DNA of 60,645 nucleotides from Mariniblastus sp. (lineage in GTDB: Bacteria; Planctomycetota; Planctomycetia; Pirellulales; Pirellulaceae): contig JBLINZ010000001.1 in NCBI GenBank assembly GCA_047639375.1, positions 1 through 60,645 of the forward strand, given 5' to 3'. The notes beneath the pieces were generated by a model that saw nothing but the letters and a program-made list of their open reading frames with translations, searched no databases and was not told where the DNA came from. The translations under genes and the position numbers were made by a program. Shown piece after piece: positions 19,660-29,469 of this stretch (position 1 is its first letter; each line of letters starts with the position of its first letter).

Positions 19660-22089
19660 ATGAACCCGTTTCGAAAAGAGGACTGGATACAGTTCGGAAA
19701 ACGTCGTTGGTGGCAAATCTTTTTGGTTCAGGCAATTCTTTTGCTCGGCGCAGGGGCGTTTGCCGCCCGGACTTTATTTCCTCCGAAAACTGCTAACACG
19801 ACGTCTACCGAATCGTCAGGTTCATCCGCTGCCAGCCATCAACACGGTGCGTCCGATGCCGGCGCTGACGAGAGTCAGCCTCAATGGTGGACGTGTGCCA
19901 TGCACCCGCAAATCCGCCAGCAAAAACCAGGCAACTGTCCAATTTGTCAAATGGAGCTGGTGCCAATAAAGCCTTCATCCGGCGGGATGCGGAGGCTGAC
20001 CATTAAACCTTCTGTCAAAGAGTTGATGAAGGTCCAGACCATGCCCGTCGAACGAAAATACGTTACCGCGGATGTGCGAATGGTCGGCAAGGTCGAATTC
20101 GACGAGACCCGTTTGGCTCACATTACAGCCTGGGTCTCAGGGCGTCTCGATCGACTGTACGTTGACTATACGGGAGTCCAAGTCAAAGAGGGCGACCACA
20201 TGGTCTACATCTACAGCGAGGAGTTGTATTCAATTCAAGAAGAGTTGATATCCACGATTCGTTTCAATCGCGAAAACCCGTCGCGTCGATCGGGTGGGCT
20301 TGATCTGGCCAAAGCCGCTCGCGAAAAACTTCGGCTGTTGGGTTTGACCGAAGCGCAAGTCAAGGAGATAGAACAGCGAGATAAACCCGAAGATCACGTC
20401 ACGATTTACGCGCCGGCCAGCGGCGTCGTGATTGATAAACTCAAGCAACAAGGTGATCGAGTTCGAACAGGCGACCGGATCTATACCGTTGCCGATCTCA
20501 ATCAGGTTTGGGTGAAGTTGGACGCCTACGAGTCCGACCTGGCTTGGCTGCGATACGGGCAGGACGTGACGTTTTCAACGGAAGCCTATCCGGGTGAGAA
20601 GTTTACCGGACAAATTGCGTTCATTGACCCCTTCCTCTCAAGTGAAACTCGGACCGTCAAAGTTCGAGTCAATGTCCCCAATCACGACGGTCGTCTCAAA
20701 CCGGAAATGTTTGTTCGAGCCGTTGTCAGCTCAAATGTTGCGGCGGGCGGACGTGTGTTGGATGCAAAACTGGCAGGCAAGTGGATCAGCCCAATGCATC
20801 CCGAGATCATCAAAGACCAACCCGGCAACTGCGACATCTGCGGAATGCCACTCGTCCGTGCAGAAACGCTTGGATACGTAGCTGCGGAAGACGACCCTGC
20901 CACAAAACCTCTTGTTATTCCGGCAACAGCCGCGTTGGTAACCGGGACTCGCGCCATCGTTTATGTCGAAGTCGACGGAGCCAAAGAACCAACCTACGAG
21001 GGCCGTGAAATACTGCTCGGAGCTAGAGCTGGCGATTACTACATCGTTCGGAACGGAGTATTCGAAGGCGAAATGGTCGTCACGAACGGAAATTTCAAAA
21101 TCGACAGCGCTCTACAAATCCAAGCCAAACCGACCATGATGACGCCGGAAGGCGGCGGTGGCGGCGGGCACGATCATGGTGGCGGTTCAAAAAAGCCGTC
21201 TGCCAAAGACAGTGCGGCAGCACCCATGGGAATGGATTTGCCGAACGGGTTCACGGGGCAACTCCACAAATTAGTTGAGTTAAGCCAGAGGGTCTCTTTG
21301 CAAGCCAAGACAAACGATATCGAAAAAACTCGCAAGTCTTTTGCCGATTTCTTGCAGTCGCTAAACCATGTTAATGCCGATGGTCTGGCCGACCATCCAA
21401 AAATGTTGTGGAAGGAGTTCTTGATGTTGCTCGGAAACGATGCAATCGAAGGATCCGATGCCATTGATCTGCAGTTGGCTTCAAAAGTTGAGGCATCACT
21501 CAGCAACAACATCCGCCGAATGCGAGAACAGTTCATGCTGACTCATGGAGCACACAATGATTCAGCTATGTCGGAAATGGCGAACCTGACGATTCCAGAT
21601 GCCTTCCAAGCACAGCTGTTTGGATTGTTCAATGCCTACGTTCAATTACAAACGGCCTTGGCGGCGGACGATGCCAAAGGAGCGGATGCAGCAATTGGGA
21701 CGGTCCAGACATCGTTCGCATCCCTAGACGATCAATTGCTGGACAAAGACTCAATGACCGTCTGGACGAAAGAAAAGCAGCAGCTTGAGAAGATCCTCAA
21801 GCGACTTGACGACGCGAAAGACATTGCTTCCACTCGTTCTGAATTTGCTCTGCTTTCGGAGGAGTTATTGGTCGTCGTTCAAAAATTTGGCGTCACCAGC
21901 GCCGGCGATATCTACGAGCTTCATTGTCCCATGGCTTTTGACGGTCGAGGAGCAACTTGGCTGCAAGACAACGACCAGACAAAGAACCCCTATTACGGTG
22001 CAAGCATGTTAACCTGTGCTGATAAAGTACAGAAATTGGACTCCGCCCAATCCGCTGATGCCAAACAGGGAGAGCATCAGCATGAGTGA
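19660..22089 (+). CDS. cusB: CusB-like RND periplasmic adaptor with heavy-metal-binding domains and C-terminal DUF3347-like domains
   Basis: WTCAMHPQIRQQKPGNCPICQMEL; SPMHPEII..GNCDICGMPL; LKPEMF; HCPMAFDGRGATWLQ..NPYYGASMLTC. Confidence 0.9.
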   Translation: MNPFRKEDWIQFGKRRWWQIFLVQAILLLGAGAFAARTLFPPKTANTTSTESSGSSAASHQHGASDAGADESQPQWWTCAMHPQIRQQKPGNCPICQMELVPIKPSSGGMRRLTIKPSVKELMKVQTMPVERKYVTADVRMVGKVEFDETRLAHITAWVSGRLDRLYVDYTGVQVKEGDHMVYIYSEELYSIQEELISTIRFNRENPSRRSGGLDLAKAAREKLRLLGLTEAQVKEIEQRDKPEDHVTIYAPASGVVIDKLKQQGDRVRTGDRIYTVADLNQVWVKLDAYESDLAWLRYGQDVTFSTEAYPGEKFTGQIAFIDPFLSSETRTVKVRVNVPNHDGRLKPEMFVRAVVSSNVAAGGRVLDAKLAGKWISPMHPEIIKDQPGNCDICGMPLVRAETLGYVAAEDDPATKPLVIPATAALVTGTRAIVYVEVDGAKEPTYEGREILLGARAGDYYIVRNGVFEGEMVVTNGNFKIDSALQIQAKPTMMTPEGGGGGGHDHGGGSKKPSAKDSAAAPMGMDLPNGFTGQLHKLVELSQRVSLQAKTNDIEKTRKSFADFLQSLNHVNADGLADHPKMLWKEFLMLLGNDAIEGSDAIDLQLASKVEASLSNNIRRMREQFMLTHGAHNDSAMSEMANLTIPDAFQAQLFGLFNAYVQLQTALAADDAKGADAAIGTVQTSFASLDDQLLDKDSMTVWTKEKQQLEKILKRLDDAKDIASTRSEFALLSEELLVVVQKFGVTSAGDIYELHCPMAFDGRGATWLQDNDQTKNPYYGASMLTCADKVQKLDSAQSADAKQGEHQHE

Positions 22090-25000
22090 AACTACCGACA
22101 GGACATCACCTGTAAATGCGCCAGCGGAAGGCAGTCTTTTTGAACGGCCAAGCACGGCCAAACCCACGTCGCTTCTCGAGAAGGTAATCTACTTCTGCCT
22201 GATGCAGAAACTGGTTGTTGTCCTCTTCATCATTGCCATCATTGCCGCTGGAATTTTTGTCGCGCCATTTGACTGGAAAGTTGGCAGCATCGACCGCAAC
22301 CCGGTGGCCGTCGATGCGATCCCGGACATTGGTGAAAACCAGCAGATCATCTTTACCGAGTGGATGGGCCGCTCACCACAGGATGTAGAAGATCAAATTT
22401 CCTATCCGTTGACCGTTGCATTGTTGGGTATTCCAGAAGTCAAAACGATTCGAAGTTATTCGTCTTTTGGATTTTCATCCATTTACGTGATCTTCAACGA
22501 GCAGGCCGAGTTCTATTGGTCCCGTTCTCGGGTTCTTGAAAAGCTCAATAGTTTACCCGCAGGAACGGTCCCCGAGGGAGTTCAACCAACACTCGGACCG
22601 GACGCCACGGCGCTTGGTCAAATCTTTTGGTACACGCTTGAAGGACACGATCTCGACGGGAACCCGATTGGCGGTTTTGAACTGCATGAGCTTCGTTCGA
22701 TCCAGGACTGGACGGTGCGTTACGGGCTGGCTTCGGCGGAAGGAGTCAGTGAGGTCGCTTCGATTGGTGGATTTGTTCAAGAATATCAGATTGACGTCGA
22801 CCCGGACGCGATGCGGGCCAACGGGGTAACGCTCGCAGACGTCTTCCAGGGCGTTCGCATGTCCAACGTTGATGTGGGTGCACGAACGATAGAACTCAAT
22901 CGAGCCGAATACGTAGTCCGCGGTTTGGGCTTTTTTGAAGAACTTGAAGACATCGAAAAAGTAGTCCTGAAAGTCACGGACAATGTGCCGATTACTATCG
23001 AAGATGTCGCCAGAGTTTCTCTTGGCCCGGCATTGCGGCGCGGGGTGTTGGACAAAGGTGGCGCAGAGGCGGTTGGCGGCGTTGTTGTTGTCCGGTACGG
23101 CTTCAATCCACTGCAAGCAATCAAGAACGTTAAAACTCAGATTGCGGAAATTGAGAAAGGACTGCCGACTCACGTTGTCTTCAACTACGACGCGGTATCG
23201 CGACCGCAAATTAACGATTACGCGCGACTAAGCAATTTTGAAGCCTTTACAGGAATCGTCCCGAATCACGAAGCTTGGTCAAAACACCTACGTGGAATGG
23301 AACGCGACAACTGGCCTGAATGGGCCAATCTCAGCCAAGTCAAAGTCGTTGACTTTTATGACCGAACGGGACTGATTTACGAAACGCTCGGAACTCTCAG
23401 TACCGCGCTATACGAAGAGATCCTGGTAACAATCCTCGTCATCATCATTTCAGTCTGGCATCTTCGCAGTTCGATACTGATCAGCGGCTTATTGCCATTG
23501 GCCGTATTGATGTGTTTCGTCGCCATGAAAGTATTTGGCATCGAAGCGAATATCGTTGCACTTTCCGGGATCGCGATTGCCATTGGGACCATGGTCGACA
23601 TGGGGATCGTGCTTTGCGAAAACATCTTGAAACAGCTGGATGAGGCTGCGCCCGAAGACAACAAACTGGATGTCGTTTTCCGAGCCTCAGCAGAAGTCGG
23701 CAGTGCAGTCTTAACGGCCGTCGCGACCACGGTGGTCAGTTTTCTTCCAGTTTTTACAATGATTGGTGCGGAAGGGAAGCTGTTTCAGCCGCTTGCGTTT
23801 ACGAAAACATTTGCGTTGATCGCATCCGTAATCGTAGCGATCACCATCATTCCTCCCGCTGCGCATGTGTTGTTCGGCGGCAAGCTGAAATCCAAACAGC
23901 TGAAACGTATTGGTGGCTATGCACTGCTTGCCGCAGGAACTGCCGTAGCGTTGTTGCTTTCATGGTGGTGGGCTGGCGCGATCCTGGGTGGCAGTGGTTT
24001 GTTCGTCTTACTAGGTGACCGCCTGCCAAAAATTATTCACGGATTTGCCCCGTCGATTGTGAGTATCGTTGCTGTTCTGTTTGTCGTCGTCATGTTAACA
24101 ACCGAGTGGTTGCCGCTCGGCCCGGAAAAAGGCGTCTTGCGAAACTTGATTTTCGTGGTTGTCTTGATCGGCGGGCTGCTTTCGTTCTTCCAAGTATTCC
24201 AACGATATATTTATTCGCCTTTGTTGCGATGGTGCCTAAATCACAAACTGATGTTCTTGACCGTGCCGTTTGTTATTTTGGTATTGGGAGGCTGTGCGTG
24301 GCTGGGGTTTGGCACAGTCTTCAACTTTGTTCCCGCCGTCGCCCAGAGAGTCGGCGTCTCGCGAGAAACGATCGAAGATAGCAGGCCCTGGCAATTGGCA
24401 AGCGAGACTTTTCCAGGGCTGGGGCGGGAGTTCATGCCTGCACTGGATGAAGGATCGTTCCTTTATATGCCTACAACAATGCCACACGCGTCGATTGGTG
24501 AGGCCACAGATGTTCTGCAACTTCAAAACAAACTGATCTCTTCAATCCCTGAAGTTGACATGGTCGTCGGCAAACTGGGACGTGCTGATAGTCCACTCGA
24601 TCCGGCCCCGATATCCATGATCGAAACAATCATCTCCTACAAATCTGAATACATAACCGACCAAGACGGACACCGGATCAAGTATCAGTTTGATACTTCC
24701 GCAAATGAATTCGTTCGCGACGAGAGTGGTTTGCTGATGGAAGATTCGGGTGGTAGACCCTACCGGCAATGGCGCGACGAAATTCGCAAACCAGATGATA
24801 TCTGGAAACAGATTACGTTGGCGGCAGAGATCCCTGGCACCACGTCCGCTCCCAAACTGCAACCGATTGCTGCCCGCATCGTGATGTTGCAAAGCGGAAT
24901 GCGAGCCCCAATGGGCATCAAGATCCGCGGGCCCGACTTGGAGACGATTGAGAAAGTCGCCCTTGAATTCGAGTTTCTCTTAAAACAGGTTGACAGCGTC

Positions 25001-26113
25001 GAACCCGCGGCTGTGATCGCAGATCGAATTGTTGGCAAGCCGTATATTGAAATCGACATCGACCGCGACGCCATCAAACGATACGGGCTGCACGTCCGAA
25101 CTGTCCAGGATGTCATTGAAGTCGCCATCGGTGGGCGTCGCTTGACGACCACAGTTGAGGGTCGAGAACGATACCCAGTTCGAGTCCGATATAAGCGCGA
25201 GCTGCGAGACGAAATCGAAACGATCGGAAGAATTCTTGTTCCGACAGCGACGGGTGCTCAGATTCCGCTGGAACAGCTCGCTGAGATACAGTTCACACGT
25301 GGCCCTCAAGTTCTCAAAAGCGAAGATACTTTCCTGGTTGGCTATGTCTTGTTTGACATGAAGCCGGATAACGCGGAAGTTGACGTCGTTGAACAATGCC
25401 AAGCGTTTTTGGATGCAAAAATTGCAAGTGGCGAACTGGTTTTACCGCCGGGCGTTTCGTATAAGTTTGCGGGGAACTATGAGAATCAACTTCGGTCGCA
25501 GAAGACACTCGCCTTGATTCTGCCCATCGCGTTGTTCGTGATTTTCATCATCCTCTATTTCCAATTCAAATCCGTCGCCACTGCCAGTTTGGTTTTCAGT
25601 GGGATTGGTGTCGCATGGGCAGGCGGCTTTTTGATGCTCTGGATGTATTCGCAATCTTGGTTCTTGGACTTTTCTGTTTTCGAGACCGACATGCGGACAC
25701 TATTCCAAGTCCACTCAATCAATTTGAGTGTCGCGGTTTGGGTTGGGTTCCTCGCCCTCTTCGGAATTGCATCCGACGATGGTGTGGTCATTGCGACCTA
25801 CTTGGATCAAAACCTACGAAAATCAAGCATTGAAACGGCTCAGGATGCACGCGATGCAACGCACGCTGCTGGCTTACGTCGTGTTCGGCCTTGCTTGATG
25901 ACGACCGCGACAACCATCCTTGCCTTGATCCCGATCCTAACCTCGAGCGGACGCGGTTCGGACATCATGGTTCCCATGGCGATCCCAAGTTTCGGTGGAA
26001 TGGTGATCGCGATCATGACGATGCTTGTCGTTCCTGTTTTATTCTGTGCGGTTCAAGAATGGAAACTCAAGCTTGGCATCCGTGACGAACGATTTGCGGA
26101 AACCTCGAGATAA
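22082..26113 (+). CDS. cusA: CusA/CzcA family heavy-metal efflux RND permease (Cu/Ag type)
   Basis: VDAIPDIGENQQIIFTEWMGRSPQDVEDQISYPL; LSGIAIAIGTMVD; EFMPALDEGSFLYMPTTMP; RVRPCLMTTATT. Confidence 0.95.
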   Translation: MSETTDRTSPVNAPAEGSLFERPSTAKPTSLLEKVIYFCLMQKLVVVLFIIAIIAAGIFVAPFDWKVGSIDRNPVAVDAIPDIGENQQIIFTEWMGRSPQDVEDQISYPLTVALLGIPEVKTIRSYSSFGFSSIYVIFNEQAEFYWSRSRVLEKLNSLPAGTVPEGVQPTLGPDATALGQIFWYTLEGHDLDGNPIGGFELHELRSIQDWTVRYGLASAEGVSEVASIGGFVQEYQIDVDPDAMRANGVTLADVFQGVRMSNVDVGARTIELNRAEYVVRGLGFFEELEDIEKVVLKVTDNVPITIEDVARVSLGPALRRGVLDKGGAEAVGGVVVVRYGFNPLQAIKNVKTQIAEIEKGLPTHVVFNYDAVSRPQINDYARLSNFEAFTGIVPNHEAWSKHLRGMERDNWPEWANLSQVKVVDFYDRTGLIYETLGTLSTALYEEILVTILVIIISVWHLRSSILISGLLPLAVLMCFVAMKVFGIEANIVALSGIAIAIGTMVDMGIVLCENILKQLDEAAPEDNKLDVVFRASAEVGSAVLTAVATTVVSFLPVFTMIGAEGKLFQPLAFTKTFALIASVIVAITIIPPAAHVLFGGKLKSKQLKRIGGYALLAAGTAVALLLSWWWAGAILGGSGLFVLLGDRLPKIIHGFAPSIVSIVAVLFVVVMLTTEWLPLGPEKGVLRNLIFVVVLIGGLLSFFQVFQRYIYSPLLRWCLNHKLMFLTVPFVILVLGGCAWLGFGTVFNFVPAVAQRVGVSRETIEDSRPWQLASETFPGLGREFMPALDEGSFLYMPTTMPHASIGEATDVLQLQNKLISSIPEVDMVVGKLGRADSPLDPAPISMIETIISYKSEYITDQDGHRIKYQFDTSANEFVRDESGLLMEDSGGRPYRQWRDEIRKPDDIWKQITLAAEIPGTTSAPKLQPIAARIVMLQSGMRAPMGIKIRGPDLETIEKVALEFEFLLKQVDSVEPAAVIADRIVGKPYIEIDIDRDAIKRYGLHVRTVQDVIEVAIGGRRLTTTVEGRERYPVRVRYKRELRDEIETIGRILVPTATGAQIPLEQLAEIQFTRGPQVLKSEDTFLVGYVLFDMKPDNAEVDVVEQCQAFLDAKIASGELVLPPGVSYKFAGNYENQLRSQKTLALILPIALFVIFIILYFQFKSVATASLVFSGIGVAWAGGFLMLWMYSQSWFLDFSVFETDMRTLFQVHSINLSVAVWVGFLALFGIASDDGVVIATYLDQNLRKSSIETAQDARDATHAAGLRRVRPCLMTTATTILALIPILTSSGRGSDIMVPMAIPSFGGMVIAIMTMLVVPVLFCAVQEWKLKLGIRDERFAETSR

Positions 26114-26419
26114 CCGAAGCAACTACAAAACGAAGCCATCACCTGCATCTCGTCGCAGCGTTTTCGCGATCAACTCCTCGATTGTCGCATTCAATACATG
26201 ATGCTATCGGATTAAAAGTCAAAGGACACGGTCAAGCCGGGAAAACGCGGACCGGACTCCTCCAATTTGTTGTCGGCTTCTGATTTCCTCACAACTGAGT
26301 TCCAATGGTCATTGAACAAAAGTTCGTTTATAGAAATTGGTAAATTACAAACCAATTAATATCATGTAGGAAGATCAAGGACCTCTCAATCCAAGCAAAT
26401 CGAAAGCAACTGCGAAGAA

Positions 26420-27494
26420 GAGGTCTACTGGAACCCCAAATGCAAAGGGATTGATGCAGGGACACCAGAAGCAAGCTGGCGTATTTGAGAATTTTCCATT
26501 GAGAATCGTGGTTTGAGTGATTGAAAAAATTCCAAAACATAGTCATCGTAACGTGCTCGAAGATTGTCGCCGTGGATTCGCAACAGAGATTGTTAGCGTT
26601 GATCGATGTCGACACGGGCGCGATCAAAGCTTCTTTACTCCCAGCAACCGCTGTTCGACGCTCGGCACAGTTTGCCCCTGAAAATCTTGAAGAAATCCTC
26701 GCAATCTGTTTTGGCGGAACTGGCTCTATCAACACCTACCGAATTGGGGATTCCGAAATTGGTTTTGGTCTGCCAAAAACATTGGCTCTCGCTAAAAACA
26801 ATTTTGATCTGAACAAGTCGGACCCATGATTCATTTTACGCCTACCAACGAAATTTACGTTTCCATCGTTGGGACCAATCATCTCGAGTGGAGATCATGG
26901 CCAGAAAGAAACAGCTTGCCATTGTCGAGCTCCCGTAGCACTTCGATGAATTTAAATGTGCCAGCGTGTCACCAGATGGAAGATTCGCTTCTGTCTCGAG
27001 AGACGACTCATTCAAAGTCAATGTCATTGATTTGAAAAAAAGAAAATTGTTTTCACTCCTGATTTGACTAACGCAAATTGGCTCGTCCAATCAAGTACTG
27101 GTTGCCTCACGACGTTCTCCAAAGACGGAAAACTCTATGCAGTTGCAACGTCGAGAGAATTCCATTTCTACTCAACGGGTGATTGGAAGCTTCTAAACGT
27201 AATTCCACCAGAGAAAACAGGGCTCGGATACGCTTCCTTTTCCGACGACAACTTTGCTGCCGCCGACAAGGACTTTGTGGCACTGCATTCAATCAAAGAT
27301 TTCTCGCTGATAGCCAAGCTTCAAATCACTGAAGCTTGCAATTTTCCAGCCCCAGTTCAGATGTAGTGCCCATGACAATATTCAGTCCGTCAGGACGCTT
27401 TCTGGCTGCGGGGACAATGCAAAACAAAATCATATTTAGGGATCTCAATTTGCTCTGTCAGGAACTTTCCGAAATCGGATTGGGCTGGGACTGA
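26420..27494 (+). pseudogene. degenerate WD40/beta-propeller protein broken by several frameshifts and stops
   Basis: WD-like segments in different frames (SAQFAPE, CASVSPDGRFASV, TFSKDGKLYAVA, IFSPSGRFLAAG) ending ELSEIGLGWD*, a planctomycete kinase-WD40-like tail. Confidence 0.6.
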
Positions 27495-27592
27495 TTGGGC
27501 CTGGACTAGCAGGTAGCCTTCGATTCAAAATCAAGTATTGAATCGCTCTGGAAATAATTCCCCTGCGAGTTCTTGGTCCCTTTGGCGAGAGC

Positions 27593-28243
27593 CTATGCGT
27601 CGACGACAGGCGCGCACGTCAGCGGGGCAAACGCCAGGGTGGCATGTGCTCGAATCATCTCCCGGTTTTCGCCTGCGGCCATTCGGGTCAGCAGCAATGT
27701 GATTTGGGCGTACAAGTAGGTTGCCGCGATCTCGAGGGATACCGGCAACGCAATCTCGCCTCGGGCGACCGATTTTTCGAGCCAGTCCGAATAGGCTGCG
27801 ACCGTTTGCTCGCGGATTCGTTGCACATGTTTCCGAGTAACGGGGCCCAGCCGCCCTTGGGATCCTGTCATCTTGGCGCATAAGCAGCCCGCCGGTGTCG
27901 CCGACTCCGATTCGCTTGTGATCAAGGCGATCAGGCATTCCAAGGTTTCCTGGAAGGGACAGTCGCTTGAGAGCATGCCCAGCACTGACGCTAACACCGT
28001 GTCGCCGTATCGTGTGAGCACCGCATCCATGAGCAAATCCTCGTTGCCGAATTCTCGGTACAACCCAGGCTTAGAGATCCCCGCGCGGCGGCAGATCTCG
28101 TTCACCGAGACCTCTTCGACCCCCTCTCGCCAGTAGCTGTCGATCGCGACGACGAGCGTCTTCTCTCGGTCGAACGTTTTCGGCCTGCCTCGCGTCCGCT
28201 GTTTGTGTTCTTCCTTCATGTTTCGTACCGATCGGTGTTTCAT
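27593..28243 (-). CDS. TetR/AcrR family regulator (ComR/NemR-like), Cys-rich
   Basis: RGRPKTFDRE...SVNEICRRAGISKPGLYREFGNEDLL; PAGCLC. Confidence 0.92.
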   Translation of the reverse strand: MKHRSVRNMKEEHKQRTRGRPKTFDREKTLVVAIDSYWREGVEEVSVNEICRRAGISKPGLYREFGNEDLLMDAVLTRYGDTVLASVLGMLSSDCPFQETLECLIALITSESESATPAGCLCAKMTGSQGRLGPVTRKHVQRIREQTVAAYSDWLEKSVARGEIALPVSLEIAATYLYAQITLLLTRMAAGENREMIRAHATLAFAPLTCAPVVDA

Positions 28244-28288
28244 GCCTTGACGATGTCACGGCCTTGGACATATAGTACCGCACGGTAC
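28225..28288. promoter_or_regulatory. two palindromic TetR operator candidates (GTACCG-at-CGGTGT and perfect GTACCG-ca-CGGTAC)
   Basis: sites at 28225-28238 and 28275-28288 overlap the TetR start and promoter region. Confidence 0.7.
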
Positions 28289-28456
28289 GAATTTTATCTA
28301 CTGATTTTTCACTGCGCAACGATCTGCCGATTCGAAACCTAGAAAACATTAATATCCACAGCGTTTATTGGGTATTTGTTTCGTCGAACGAGCTGGAATA
28401 TGTTTGCGACCTAATCGGTATTTGTAATTGTTAACATCGGCTCGGCTGACGATACG

Positions 28457-28470
28457 ATACCGCTAAGTAT
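28457..28470. promoter_or_regulatory. third, degenerate operator copy (ATACCG-ct-AAGTAT) upstream of the glutaredoxin operon
   Basis: same 14-bp TAC..GTA palindrome architecture, about 130 nt before ATG 28598. Confidence 0.45.
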
Positions 28471-28597
28471 TAAATCAATGTACTTTCCAACCGAGCCATC
28501 GCTAATTAACTAGGAGAATCCCACGAGACCCCTCATGCGTTGAAAAGTGAGGGAATCATGGGTAGTATCCAATTTTCCGAGCTTCAGGAGTGACGGG

Positions 28598-28834
28598 ATG
28601 CCCGAATTGATGCTGTACTATTTTCCATCGTGTCCTTACTGCCGTTTGGTTTTGGATTGCTTGGCTCGACTGGACCTCGAGATTCCGATGCGGAATATTC
28701 AGACCGAGCTTGGAGCCCGAGATGAGTTGTTGGCAATAGGCGGCAAAGGCCAGGTGCCGTGCCTGGTAATTGACGGAAAGCCACTTTACGAATCTGCTGA
28801 TGTTGTTAGTTGGTTGGAGGCACATGCAGGATGA
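28598..28834 (+). CDS. dithiol glutaredoxin (CPYC)
   Basis: LYYFPSCPYC..GGKGQVPCLVIDGKPLYESADV; AGGAG RBS. Confidence 0.92.
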   Translation: MPELMLYYFPSCPYCRLVLDCLARLDLEIPMRNIQTELGARDELLAIGGKGQVPCLVIDGKPLYESADVVSWLEAHAG

Positions 28835-29085
28835 GCGATCTAATGAAACAAATCGAAGAGACTATTATTGCCGCAGTCCCCAACGCCCAGGTGATCGTAC
28901 GTGATCCCATGAACGACGGTGCACATCTTGAGGCGACGGTAATCAGCGATTCTTTTGTGGGAATGCCGCTTGTTCAGCAACACCGGCAGGTGATGCAGTC
29001 ACTGAAGGATGCGTTTGCAAGTGAACTTCATGCGCTGGCACTGAAGACCTACACACCCGAAAAGTGGGCCAAGACTCTAGACTAG
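28831..29085 (+). CDS. bolA: BolA/IbaG family protein
   Basis: DGAHLEATVISDSFVGMPLVQQHRQV...LHALALKT; ATGA overlap with grx. Confidence 0.92.
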   Translation: MSDLMKQIEETIIAAVPNAQVIVRDPMNDGAHLEATVISDSFVGMPLVQQHRQVMQSLKDAFASELHALALKTYTPEKWAKTLD

Positions 29086-29152
29086 CTCGCGTTCACAATT
29101 TGATTTTTTTACTAATCTGCTTTTTTATACAAGACGAAACAGAGATTCCACT

Positions 29153-29467
29153 ATGACGATCGCCGAACGCATTCAGAAAGACATCGACACCAATCGCGTT
29201 GTGCTTTACATGAAAGGAATCCCAGAAGCTCCCATGTGTGGATTTTCAAAGACGGTCGTGGACATCCTCAAGCATCTCAGCGTTGAGTTTGCCAGCGTCA
29301 ACGTCTTGGAAGATATGGAAATTCGAGAAGGCATCAAGGAGTTTTCCGACTGGCCTACCATTCCGCAGCTATACGTGGACAGCAAATTTATAGGTGGCTG
29401 TGATATTGTCGTAGAGATGTTCCAGTCTGATGAGCTGCAGCCGTTGCTTCAAGGCAAAGACGCCTAG
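29153..29467 (+). CDS. grxD: monothiol glutaredoxin Grx4
   Basis: VLYMKG..PMCGFS; WPTIPQLYV..FIGGCDI. Confidence 0.96.
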   Translation: MTIAERIQKDIDTNRVVLYMKGIPEAPMCGFSKTVVDILKHLSVEFASVNVLEDMEIREGIKEFSDWPTIPQLYVDSKFIGGCDIVVEMFQSDELQPLLQGKDA

Positions 29468-29469
29468 CA

